This document shows positions 18,699 through 27,856 of a stretch of 59,593 bases of DNA, one piece after another. Numbering within the stretch: the stretch's first letter is position 1; each line of letters begins with the position of its first letter. A model generated the notes under the pieces. The model did no database searches, was not told the origin of the DNA, and was given only the letters and a program-made list of their open reading frames with translations. The stretch is from Chloroflexota bacterium (GTDB taxonomy: Bacteria; Chloroflexota; Anaerolineae; J102), in the NCBI GenBank assembly GCA_013152585.1, contig JAADGC010000132.1:1-59593 (forward strand), in the 5' to 3' direction. The translations under genes and the position numbers were made by a program.

Positions 18699-20106
18699 CG
18701 AAATCAAGGTTGAAACGCGGTATCGTCGAATTGTCTCGGATATCCCACACCCTGACTCTCGGACAGTCATTGATGAACTGAGCCGGCTGGAACCGCGCTC
18801 GATGACTGGTATTTCGCCGGTCGTCTGGAACAGAGCAGAGGGGTTCCAGGTTTGGGACGGGCATGGCAATCGATGGCTTGATTTTACTTCAGCGATTGTG
18901 CTGGCCAACGTTGGCCACGCCAATCCCAAGATTAGCCAGGCCATTCGCGAACAGCTTGACCATTATCTATTCCACAGTTACTGCAATCCAACCGAGATCC
19001 GGCTGAGAGCTGTCAAGGCAATGAGAGAGATTCTGCCGCCTTATCTTGATAAAGTCTTCTTGTTAAGTACCGGATCGGAGGCCGTTGAAGCAGCTCTCAA
19101 GCTCACTCGTATGTATGGGCAAACAATCGCGTCCGGAAAAATTCACATCCTCTCCTACTACAATTCCTTCCACGGCCGGACGCTGGGGGCTCAGATGGCT
19201 GGAGGCTTTCTGGATCAGCAGGAGTGGATGGGCCAAAAGCCAGGTGGCTTCCATCATATTCCATTTCCAGAATGTGCACGCTGTCCTTGGGGCCGGCAAA
19301 AGTATGAAAATTGTGGAGTAGAATGCCTGGAACGATCGCTGGAACAACTCCGCGAACAGGATGTCCCGGACGATCTTTTTGCTGGCGTTATCACGGAGAC
19401 GTTTCAGGGACCAACCGTTGCCTTTATGCCCTTGGACTATGTACAGGCACTGCGTGAGTGGGCGGACAAGCACAAGACGTTACTTATCTTCGATGAGATA
19501 CAGGCAGCTTTTGGTCGGACAGCTAAATGGTTTGGGTTTGAGCATTATGGGGTCGAAGCTGATCTAATCTGTCTGGGCAAGGGTATGACTGCATCTTTGC
19601 CTATGTCTGCTGTGGCCGGGCGAGCTGCGATCCTCGATTTGCCTGATCCTGGTGAGATGAGCAGCACCCACACAGGAAATCCGTTGTGTTGTGCTGCAAC
19701 GATAGCCAATATCAACACCATTCGAGAAGAGGGGCTGATGGCGAACGCGGTTGCACTTGATCCTGTGATGCGAAAATCATTGGAGCATCTCTGCGAGAGT
19801 TTCCCGGGCTATGTCGGGGCCATCAACGGAAAAGGCCTCATCTGGGGTGTGTATCTGTTGAACCCGGCCACGGGGCAACCGAATTTGAGTCTAGCCAAGC
19901 GTGTCATCACGCGCTGCATAGAGCTTGGTCTCTTGATGCTGCCGACCGGAGGGCGCGGAACGTTGAAAATTGCGCCGCCCCTCTGCATCACAGAGGAAGC
20001 GCTTCTGGAGGGGGTTAGGGTGATCGAACAAGCTCTGGCCGAGTGTGTCGGGGGGAACTGGAATTCAGCCAGCACCCACGGGACAGGAATGGTGGAAAGC
20101 CTATGA
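18691..20106 (+). CDS. Class III (omega-type) PLP aminotransferase
   Basis: STGSEAVEAALKL, LIFDEIQAAFGRT, PLP-lysine context CLGKGMTAS. GGAGGG RBS. Confidence 0.9.
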   Translation: MRNEIKVETRYRRIVSDIPHPDSRTVIDELSRLEPRSMTGISPVVWNRAEGFQVWDGHGNRWLDFTSAIVLANVGHANPKISQAIREQLDHYLFHSYCNPTEIRLRAVKAMREILPPYLDKVFLLSTGSEAVEAALKLTRMYGQTIASGKIHILSYYNSFHGRTLGAQMAGGFLDQQEWMGQKPGGFHHIPFPECARCPWGRQKYENCGVECLERSLEQLREQDVPDDLFAGVITETFQGPTVAFMPLDYVQALREWADKHKTLLIFDEIQAAFGRTAKWFGFEHYGVEADLICLGKGMTASLPMSAVAGRAAILDLPDPGEMSSTHTGNPLCCAATIANINTIREEGLMANAVALDPVMRKSLEHLCESFPGYVGAINGKGLIWGVYLLNPATGQPNLSLAKRVITRCIELGLLMLPTGGRGTLKIAPPLCITEEALLEGVRVIEQALAECVGGNWNSASTHGTGMVESL

Positions 20107-21302
20107 AGACAAGTATGACTTCGCGAGAACGGCTTCTGGCTACCTGCGCCCATGAGCCCACCGACCATGTGCCGCTGCACCTGGATGTTCACCCTCTCTA
20201 TTATCAGTACGACCCACAAGCGACTACCTGGGAGGACCAATTTGAACGCACCGACGCTCTGCTGGCGCTCGGCGTTGATGCGATGATCGAGCTATGGTTG
20301 CCCGACCCGGCATTTCATCCCGATGTTAAGGTACGTAGCTGGCGCCAAGAGAGGAACGGCACGGTGCTGCTGGGCAAAGAATATGAAACACCGGCTGGCT
20401 CACTGCGACAGCTAATCAAGGAAACCCCCGGCCTATACCAATGGAACAAAATCAACGGCAAAACCCGCGGGCGACTGACCGACAACTTGATAGACGGGAT
20501 TGGTTTGCTGGAGGACGTGAACCCTTCACGAAGCGTTGAGTTTCTGATTAAGGGACCCGAAGATTTAGCGAAAATGCGCTATCTCTTCCAGCCTACGTCC
20601 GGTGACCAACTGGCTGAGTGGCGCACAGACGCCTTCTACGCCAAGAAAGAAGCTCAGAAACGTCAAGTGGCCTTTATCGCCCGCCGTACTTATTGTGGGT
20701 CGGCTATGGTGTGGCTCACAGATGCCATCGAGACCATGCTCTCTTATGAAGTGGACCCTGAGTACGTGGGCGAGTTCCTACAGATTATCCACGAATGGCA
20801 GTTGGCGACGTTGGAGATGGTCCTCGACATCGGCGACATCGACATAGTGACCCGTTTTGGCTACTACGACATCCCTGACTTCTGGAGTCGCAAATATTTT
20901 GATTACTATTTGCGGCCCAGGATGGACGAAGAGGCGGATATGGTCCATCAGGCGGGGACATTGCTCAGGCAGCAGCAAAGCAAAGGGCTAACTCAGTTAG
21001 TCGATATCTACAAAAAAATGAAGGTTGACATCTTGTGTGACATTGACCCGGTGCAGGGCCAGGAAGATATGGCCTTGTTGAAGAGGGAATTGGGGGCGAC
21101 CAAGACACTTATGGGCGGAATTAATGGTGATTTGTTCCTGGCAAACGCTTCTCCTGCAGAAATTGACCGAACTGTACAGGACACACTTCGACTGATGGCT
21201 GCGGGCGGCGGATTCATTATGCACATTATCCCCGGCATTTACTCTGGTGTACCCTGGGCTAATGTCCTGAGTTTGGTGGAAGCCTGGAGGAAGTATGCAT
21301 AA
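20103..21302 (+). CDS. URO-D (uroporphyrinogen decarboxylase/MtaA) family protein, paralogue 1
   Basis: ATGA overlap with the aminotransferase stop. N-terminus MTSRERLLATCAHEPTDHVPLHLD resembles the other paralogues. The HxCG position reads QQQSKG, so no His/Cys. Confidence 0.7.
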   Translation: MKTSMTSRERLLATCAHEPTDHVPLHLDVHPLYYQYDPQATTWEDQFERTDALLALGVDAMIELWLPDPAFHPDVKVRSWRQERNGTVLLGKEYETPAGSLRQLIKETPGLYQWNKINGKTRGRLTDNLIDGIGLLEDVNPSRSVEFLIKGPEDLAKMRYLFQPTSGDQLAEWRTDAFYAKKEAQKRQVAFIARRTYCGSAMVWLTDAIETMLSYEVDPEYVGEFLQIIHEWQLATLEMVLDIGDIDIVTRFGYYDIPDFWSRKYFDYYLRPRMDEEADMVHQAGTLLRQQQSKGLTQLVDIYKKMKVDILCDIDPVQGQEDMALLKRELGATKTLMGGINGDLFLANASPAEIDRTVQDTLRLMAAGGGFIMHIIPGIYSGVPWANVLSLVEAWRKYA

Positions 21303-21331
21303 CGTTAACATTAGCGATTTGGAGGTAAAAC

Positions 21332-22093
21332 ATGAAAATTCTTACTGCTAAGACGGCGATGGTAACCGGTGGGGCCACCGGCATTGGGGCGGCGACCGTT
21401 GAGCGCCTGGCCATGTTAGGAGCCGATGTCGCCTGTTGCTACAACACCAGCCGGGTGGCTGCCGAATCCCTGGCCCAGAAGATGCAGGAACATGGCCATG
21501 ACATTTTCACGGTAAAAGTGGACGTATCCAACGGCCAGGAAATAAAAGCCGGGGTGGAAGCGATTGCGGCTCATTTCGGACGCTCCATCAGCATCCTGGT
21601 CAACAATGCGGGTGATGTTTTTGCCGCATCACCTTTAGACAGAATGGAAGAGGAACTTTGGGACAAGGTGATGGGCGTCAATCTGCGGGGCGCGTTTCTC
21701 TGCGCCAAATATTGTATCCCTGGCATGAAGACAGCGAAGGCAGGGCGGATTATCAACGTCACCTCAATTTCTGCGCGTACCGGCGGCGGACCTGGCGCCG
21801 CCCACTACGCGGCGAGCAAAGGCGGTCTCGAAGCTTTGACGCGGGCGATGGCCCTGGAATTGGCCCCCTTTCACATCACGGTAAACGCCGTCTCGCCCGG
21901 CGTCATAGATACCCCCATCCATCAGCGCACCAACACACCCGAAACCCTTGAGAAACTGCGCCAAGTGATTCCCCTGGCCAGGCTAGGCCGGCCCGAGGAG
22001 GTGGCAAGAGTTATCTCCTTTCTAGCCTCAGAGGACGCCTCCTATATCACGGGTGACATTATCGCCGTCAACGGCGGCAAGCGGATGGATTGA
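21332..22093 (+). CDS. SDR-family oxidoreductase (FabG-like)
   Basis: TGGATGIGAATV, NNAG, YAASKGG, GDIIAVNGG. GGAGG RBS. Confidence 0.9.
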   Translation: MKILTAKTAMVTGGATGIGAATVERLAMLGADVACCYNTSRVAAESLAQKMQEHGHDIFTVKVDVSNGQEIKAGVEAIAAHFGRSISILVNNAGDVFAASPLDRMEEELWDKVMGVNLRGAFLCAKYCIPGMKTAKAGRIINVTSISARTGGGPGAAHYAASKGGLEALTRAMALELAPFHITVNAVSPGVIDTPIHQRTNTPETLEKLRQVIPLARLGRPEEVARVISFLASEDASYITGDIIAVNGGKRMD

Positions 22094-22122
22094 GTCATCA
22101 TGTTCTACGGAGTGCATCTCAC

Positions 22123-22899
22123 ATGAAGCTTGTGAACAAGGTTGCTGTGGTAACGGGTGGTGGTAGCGGCATCGGCGCTGAAATTTGCCGCGCCTTTGCC
22201 AGAGAAGGAGCTTTGGTAGCTGTCACCGATATGCGCCGGGAAGCGGCAGAGCAGATCGCGGCAGAAATTCGAGACGCCCAGGGCCAAGCATTCTCCTGGG
22301 GTTTTGATGTTTCCGATCATGCGACAGTGGAAGACGCTGTCTGCAAGATCGAAAAGCAATTGGGACCACTGGACATCTGGGTGAACAACGCCGGTATTTC
22401 TCGGGTTGTCCCTTTTCTTGATTGCAGCGATGATCTGTGGGATCTGATATTAAACGTCAATCTGAAGGGTACCTTCATCGGCTGTCAGGTGGCTGTTCGC
22501 CGTATGCTGCCCCGGAGACGCGGCGTGATTCTGAATATGTCATCTCAATCTGGTAAGGTTGGCAACAGTCACTATGCCGCCTATTGCGCCAGCAAGTTCG
22601 GAGTCATTGGTTTAACCCAGTCACTGGCCCAGGAGTTTGCCGGGGACGGAATTCGGGTCAACGCCCTGTGTCCTGGGGTGGTCTTTACACCGCTCTGGGA
22701 TGAGCAGACAAAAGACTATGCGCGCAAGCGGAACATCAGGCCGGAAGATGTCCGGTCCTATCTGGAAGAAAAGATCCCCTGTGGTAGGTTAGGCACCCCC
22801 GAGGATGTTGCCCGTACTGCCGTCTTTCTGGCCGGCGATGACGCCGCATACATCACTGGACAGGCCATCAACATCACTGGCGGCGCGGTTATGCACTAA
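22123..22899 (+). CDS. SDR-family oxidoreductase
   Basis: MKLVNKVAVVTGGGSGIGAEI start at ATG 22123. NNAG, YCASKFG, INITGG. Confidence 0.9.
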   Translation: MKLVNKVAVVTGGGSGIGAEICRAFAREGALVAVTDMRREAAEQIAAEIRDAQGQAFSWGFDVSDHATVEDAVCKIEKQLGPLDIWVNNAGISRVVPFLDCSDDLWDLILNVNLKGTFIGCQVAVRRMLPRRRGVILNMSSQSGKVGNSHYAAYCASKFGVIGLTQSLAQEFAGDGIRVNALCPGVVFTPLWDEQTKDYARKRNIRPEDVRSYLEEKIPCGRLGTPEDVARTAVFLAGDDAAYITGQAINITGGAVMH

Positions 22900-22915
22900 G
22901 GCGGGATGTAAACTC

Positions 22916-23953
22916 ATGCCAATCATTACGGATTATCAGGAAGTGAAAGATGTCTACCAGGAAGCGGCTGAATTGGGGGCTGCACTTCCTGTGTTTTGTA
23001 TGGAGGACAGAGAGACGCTAGAAGCGGTGCTGGCGTCGGTGTTGGAGTATGGTCAGGAGATCGGGGTAGAGAATTTGCCTATTGTCCCCTCCTGGACGGT
23101 GCGGTATCCGCCGCGGGGCCAGATGACGTTGATCACCGCCTGTGGCAACCCAGTGCTGGGTACGCAACTGATGTTTTCGGACTTGCAGGTGTTTATGGGA
23201 GAGAACAGTCCCTATCGGAAACTGCGGGTATTGCCGCATCTTGATCATGGCTTTCCCTGGTTGGATAGTGATATTCTTGATCACTTTGTCGATCAGTTTG
23301 CCTCGGTGATGCATGACGCCAGCGAGAAACCTTTTGAGGAGAACATACGGCTGACGGCAGAATACGTGGAGAAGATGCGGGGCCGGGTTGTGGTGGAAGG
23401 CGCGGTGGATGAAATCTTTGAATCCGGCGGTAGTGGATCAAAAAACGAACCGACAACGGTTGCACAGGCACGCAGGTTTTTGAGTGAGACAGGGGTGGAT
23501 ATTATCGTGCCAAATGTAGGCACCGAACACCGGGCCACGGCCGACCAGGTCCGGTATCGGTCTGACCGGGCGCGGGAAATTAGTGCGGCGGTGGGCAAAA
23601 TACTGTGCCTGCACGGCACTTCCTCGGTCAAACCCGAAGATCTCCCCAAACTGCCTGAGGACGGCTTTTTGAAAATCAACATTTACACCACGCTGGCAGT
23701 ACATGGTGGGCAGGCAGTGGCGCGTGAGGTTCTCTCAAGTCTGCACGACATCTTTGACGAGGAACAACTGCGACAGCTCATAGCGGACGGGATATTGTCA
23801 GAGTCGGTCCTTTCTACGGGCGACCCCACACCCATAAAACCAAAATTGGCCTCTGTGGCGAACCCACCCCGCCGTGATGCCTGGTTCCAGGCGGTCAGGG
23901 GCAGATGCAAGGATTTCCTGGTGGTATTCAACTACAGGAAATATGCACGATGA
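22916..23953 (+). CDS. Class II (metal-dependent) ketose-bisphosphate aldolase family protein
   Basis: ATG 22916 (MPIITDYQEVKDVY...). The three His ligand contexts of the FBA_II fold are present: PHLDHG, NVGTEH, LCLHGTSS. Confidence 0.75.
   Translation: MPIITDYQEVKDVYQEAAELGAALPVFCMEDRETLEAVLASVLEYGQEIGVENLPIVPSWTVRYPPRGQMTLITACGNPVLGTQLMFSDLQVFMGENSPYRKLRVLPHLDHGFPWLDSDILDHFVDQFASVMHDASEKPFEENIRLTAEYVEKMRGRVVVEGAVDEIFESGGSGSKNEPTTVAQARRFLSETGVDIIVPNVGTEHRATADQVRYRSDRAREISAAVGKILCLHGTSSVKPEDLPKLPEDGFLKINIYTTLAVHGGQAVAREVLSSLHDIFDEEQLRQLIADGILSESVLSTGDPTPIKPKLASVANPPRRDAWFQAVRGRCKDFLVVFNYRKYAR
23918..23952 (+). repeat. Gene-junction repeat, copy A (partner at 28994-29025)
   Basis: CTGGTGGTATTCAACTACAGGAAATATGCACGATG. 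It encodes the aldolase C-terminus (LVVFNYRKYAR) and supplies the ATG of the next gene. Confidence 0.7.
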
Positions 23954-25125
23954 GAGATGCTACAAGGTCAAAACGGCATGACCAAAAGGGGGCGAATAAC
24001 TTGAGTTTTGACCATTTACATAAGCCTGATCATTGCGCCGAGGTGGCTCGCCTGCACCAGAACGCGTTTGCCTGGAAGCCACAAGGCCGGATACCTTTAG
24101 GAATCCACGTGGTCAACCCGAGGCACACAGATGGAATTGATTACTCCCAGTGGCTCAATCCTGAGCCATTCCTGGAATTTCAAAGGAAAACACTGGCCGA
24201 TACCCTGGCTGTTGGTTCAGACCTAATGCCTGCTGTTGCCATCAACCACCTGGGTGATGCCGTCCTGACCAGCATGTTTGGAGCCGAACTGTTGATGCCA
24301 GAGAGCAGCTCCACAACCTTACAGGAGGTCGGACCAACCCCGGTACCGGTCTTTTCCAGCATCCAGGAAGCAGCCGAGTGGGGAGTGCCCGGCCTGGATG
24401 CCGGCATTATGCCCGAAGTCGAGAGAATGGCGCGCTTCTATCGGGGAAACCTTCCGCCATGGGTCCACGTCGTGGCCCCTATGCCGGCAGGGCCATTCTC
24501 TACTGCTATGGAACTGCGTGGTTCGGACATTCTGGTCGATCTGATAGATCATCCCGATCTTTGCCACCGTTTTATCTGCAACTGTACACAACTGCTGATT
24601 GAAGTTGAAAAAAAAGTGCGTATGCTGGTGGCGGCGCCATTACGTGATGAACACATCTCAAATTTTTGTATCATGGGCGCCGGCCTGAGGCTGGGGGAAG
24701 ATTCGATGGTGAATCTATCGCCGGCGATGATCCGTGAGTTCTGTGTTCCGGCTTTCGCCCAGGTCAACCAATATTTTGGTGGCAGGGGCCACATTCATTT
24801 CTGTTCGCTCCCCCATTCTCGCTTTGAACATATCTACTCGGCATTGCTCCCGGCCTCGGAGGTGGCGGTCGTCAGTTCTCAATTTGGCTTCGAGTACTAC
24901 GAGCAGCATCTCGATGAATTGCGTGGTCGTCTGGCTATAGAGGCTTTTTACGGTGAAGATGCCATGCAGTATGTTTGCCGGAAATACGGCTCATTCCGTG
25001 ACTGGGCAAACTACTTCGTGCCGCGTTTCAAGAACGAGTCAGGACTTGTACTCTACTTTCAGGCTGGCTCCCTCGAAGAGGGCCGTGAGATATGGACCGT
25101 CTGGCAGGAAGCGCACCAAAGGTGA
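23950..25125 (+). CDS. Divergent URO-D-like TIM-barrel protein, paralogue 2
   Basis: ATGA overlap. PAGPFSTAMELRGSDILVDLIDHPD resembles the GPFT...L..D.P segment of the URO-D/MtaA family. HIHFCSLPH sits at the HxC position. The N-terminal extension is about 35 aa. Confidence 0.5.
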   Translation: MRDATRSKRHDQKGANNLSFDHLHKPDHCAEVARLHQNAFAWKPQGRIPLGIHVVNPRHTDGIDYSQWLNPEPFLEFQRKTLADTLAVGSDLMPAVAINHLGDAVLTSMFGAELLMPESSSTTLQEVGPTPVPVFSSIQEAAEWGVPGLDAGIMPEVERMARFYRGNLPPWVHVVAPMPAGPFSTAMELRGSDILVDLIDHPDLCHRFICNCTQLLIEVEKKVRMLVAAPLRDEHISNFCIMGAGLRLGEDSMVNLSPAMIREFCVPAFAQVNQYFGGRGHIHFCSLPHSRFEHIYSALLPASEVAVVSSQFGFEYYEQHLDELRGRLAIEAFYGEDAMQYVCRKYGSFRDWANYFVPRFKNESGLVLYFQAGSLEEGREIWTVWQEAHQR

Positions 25126-25127
25126 CA

Positions 25128-26699
25128 ATGATGAATAAAGGGGCTTCAACAAGCAAAATGCTGAAATTTTCGGGCATCGTTAGACATCTTGGCGAATCTG
25201 CCAGTCTGGTTGCCGGTCTGGAAGCGCACGATTTCAGAGCAGCTAACACTTTTATGAAAGCGATGTACCCCGATGATGGCAGCTTGGTTCGACGGATACG
25301 GTTTATGGCCTGGGCCATACACCAAGTGTTTCGTATCATCCCCGACGCCTTGTCCACCGTGAGTTTTGCAAGGTGCGTTTCCAAGGTGCCGGTATGGCTG
25401 GCAGAGGGCAATCCTTTTGCTAACTATCCCTGGTCTACCCAGCCTGATGCGCAGCTCCCCGATGAGGTCGAAGTCGCAGTGATTGGCGCCGGTTTCACTG
25501 GCGCTGGTTGTGCTTACCATTGGGCAAAACAAGGGGCAGGTGACATGGTGGTTCTCGAAATGAATGATCCTGCCTCAGGCGCCAGCGGCAGCAACGAAGG
25601 TGTGGTAGTCATGGGTCGCTATTTTGCAATGGTGAGGGGGACCGTTCGTAAACATCTTGAATCTGCCCGGCCCGACTTAACCCCGATGCAGCGCCACAAG
25701 CTCGCCTCACAATTTGCGACGGCCTATGCCAAGAGTGCCTATAAAAATGCCTGCCTCATCGAAGAAACCATCGCCAAGGAGCAATACGACTGTGACTATG
25801 TGCGAAATGGTTGGATTCAGGCAGTGGATGTGGAGGATCAAGCGCTGCTGGAAGAATCGCTGCATCTTGATTGGGCAGCCGGATTCAATGACCGCAGCAG
25901 AATACAGCCTGATGAAGCCCTAAGTTTGGGAGGAATACAACTGGATTGTGCGGCCAGCTTCTCAAAGGGCGCAGCCCACTTCCACCCTGCCAAGTGGGTC
26001 TGGTGCTTGCTTAATACTGCACTCGAACAACCTTCTGTGAGTCTCTTTACGCGTACCAAAGTTCTGCAGGTAGAGGACGCTGGAGAGCACTACCTGGTGC
26101 ATACGACGCGCGGCGCCATAAAGGCTCGCTTCGTCATCAATGCGACCGAGTCGTTCACGGGCCTCTTGCACGCACAGTATAGAGACCTGATTGAACCCGT
26201 TCAGACCCAAGCTGCTTTCGCGGAAGGCGGGCCATCAGACATGAAGCCGGATATCGGTTACAGTTGTAAGCGCGGTTTCTTTGGCCGCTTTGGCCACCCA
26301 CAAGGGGTGTTGTTTGGCTCTGATGAAACCCATCTCTCTTACCGAGAGGCCGGGAGTAATCACCCTTCGCGCTTTATCACCAAATTTCTGGTTGGCGAGA
26401 TACAAAAATATTTTGGGCGTAGCTCACTTCATGTGACACGCGAGTGGAGTTCTACCGCCGGCTTCACTCCAGACGAATTCCCGGTTGTCGGTCTGCTGGA
26501 CGGCAAACGCCAGTACATCATCGGGGGAATGTGCGGATCGGGCACAGCCGTGTCTTTCAATGGCGCCCGTCATGTGGTTCAGCAAATCTTGGGCTTGGAT
26601 GGGCCGGATGATTATCCGACTCAGTACTTTGCTCCAACCCGTCTGCTCGCTCCTGAGCTGCATCCCTGGCCAGAGATCGTGGAGGAGAACATAAGATGA
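25128..26699 (+). CDS. FAD-dependent oxidoreductase (DAO/amine-oxidase type)
   Basis: Dinucleotide fold VAVIGAGFTGAGCAYHWAKQG...VVLE only about 120 aa into the protein; C-terminal GGMCGSGTAVS. Confidence 0.8.
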   Translation: MMNKGASTSKMLKFSGIVRHLGESASLVAGLEAHDFRAANTFMKAMYPDDGSLVRRIRFMAWAIHQVFRIIPDALSTVSFARCVSKVPVWLAEGNPFANYPWSTQPDAQLPDEVEVAVIGAGFTGAGCAYHWAKQGAGDMVVLEMNDPASGASGSNEGVVVMGRYFAMVRGTVRKHLESARPDLTPMQRHKLASQFATAYAKSAYKNACLIEETIAKEQYDCDYVRNGWIQAVDVEDQALLEESLHLDWAAGFNDRSRIQPDEALSLGGIQLDCAASFSKGAAHFHPAKWVWCLLNTALEQPSVSLFTRTKVLQVEDAGEHYLVHTTRGAIKARFVINATESFTGLLHAQYRDLIEPVQTQAAFAEGGPSDMKPDIGYSCKRGFFGRFGHPQGVLFGSDETHLSYREAGSNHPSRFITKFLVGEIQKYFGRSSLHVTREWSSTAGFTPDEFPVVGLLDGKRQYIIGGMCGSGTAVSFNGARHVVQQILGLDGPDDYPTQYFAPTRLLAPELHPWPEIVEENIR

Positions 26700-27856
26700 A
26701 TGGGAAGCAACGCATCCTCGCCACACTGGCTGGAGAAAAACCGGATCGCGTGCCCTTTGTGCCCAACATATGGCAATGGTTCTATGTGAATCAATACAAC
26801 GACACGCTGCCCGATGTCATTAGCGACGCTCAAAGCCCCGTTGAGGTGCTCAGGGGCATGGGTGCAGACATCTTTTCCAAGTTTGATGGAGAAATTGCTA
26901 AGTCAGTCTGCCGCGCCTGTCAGTACACCATTGAATTTGAGGGCGCATTTCGTGACAGCAAGACGCCAAATGCGGATTTTGCCAGTTTCGAGGGCGGGCC
27001 GATTCGGAAAGAGAGAATCGGGACCCCGTATGGCCCGCTGACTCACACCTGGGAATATCGAGAGGATGCCGGAGCGCCGTTTGAATCGGAACATTGGTGG
27101 AAAGATTTCGACTCCGAATACGCGGCCATTCGCTATTGGCTGGAGGACACCGAGACGCAGTGTGACTCTGAGGCACTCCAGGCAGGTCTATCCAATGTGG
27201 GTGAAGATGGGACCATTTTGCTCCAACTCCTGCCAACACCCCTCAAGAAATTCCACTGGCTGGCCGGTCAGGAGCAGGCCACTTTTTTCATCATGGACCA
27301 CCCGGAGAAAATGCGTGAGCTGGCCTCTATCCACGAGCGACAGTCGCTTGAGTGGCTGGAAGAAGTGGTAGACCTGGATGAAGTTTGGGTCTTTGAAGTG
27401 CCGGATAATGTAGACTCTATGTTCTATCCGCCCTACTGGTACGAAGAGTTCTGCCTGCCGATCCTGAAAAAAGAGGCGGAGATGGTCCGTGCCCGAGGTA
27501 AATACCTGTTTCTACATGCCTGTGGTCACCTGAAAGCGCTGGGGCCACTGTTCCTGGAAACGGGCGTGGCATGCGTAGAAGGTCAAGCGCCGCCCCCTTT
27601 GGGTGACTGGCATCTCCACGAGGCGCGGGCGCTCAGCGATCGGTTGATTGTGTGTGGTGGTATGGCAGCTCCCGAGCAGGAGTTGACAGGTGCAGATGCC
27701 ACGGAGCGAATCGATGCTTACGTGCGTGATCTTTTCGCTTCGATGGGCGACAAACGTCGTTTTCTGTTTGGTTCCAGTTGCAATACCTCACCGCTGACAC
27801 CGTATGAGAACCTTTTAGCCTTCCGGGATGCCGCCTGGAGGTATGGCAGACTATGA
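26696..27856 (+). CDS. URO-D/MtaA-like methyltransferase-family protein, paralogue 3
   Basis: MNGKQRILATLAGEKPDRVPFVP. HACG plus a distal GSSCNTSPLTPYEN, which gives a complete His-x-Cys...Cys pattern. ATGA overlap upstream. Confidence 0.75.
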   Translation: MNGKQRILATLAGEKPDRVPFVPNIWQWFYVNQYNDTLPDVISDAQSPVEVLRGMGADIFSKFDGEIAKSVCRACQYTIEFEGAFRDSKTPNADFASFEGGPIRKERIGTPYGPLTHTWEYREDAGAPFESEHWWKDFDSEYAAIRYWLEDTETQCDSEALQAGLSNVGEDGTILLQLLPTPLKKFHWLAGQEQATFFIMDHPEKMRELASIHERQSLEWLEEVVDLDEVWVFEVPDNVDSMFYPPYWYEEFCLPILKKEAEMVRARGKYLFLHACGHLKALGPLFLETGVACVEGQAPPPLGDWHLHEARALSDRLIVCGGMAAPEQELTGADATERIDAYVRDLFASMGDKRRFLFGSSCNTSPLTPYENLLAFRDAAWRYGRL

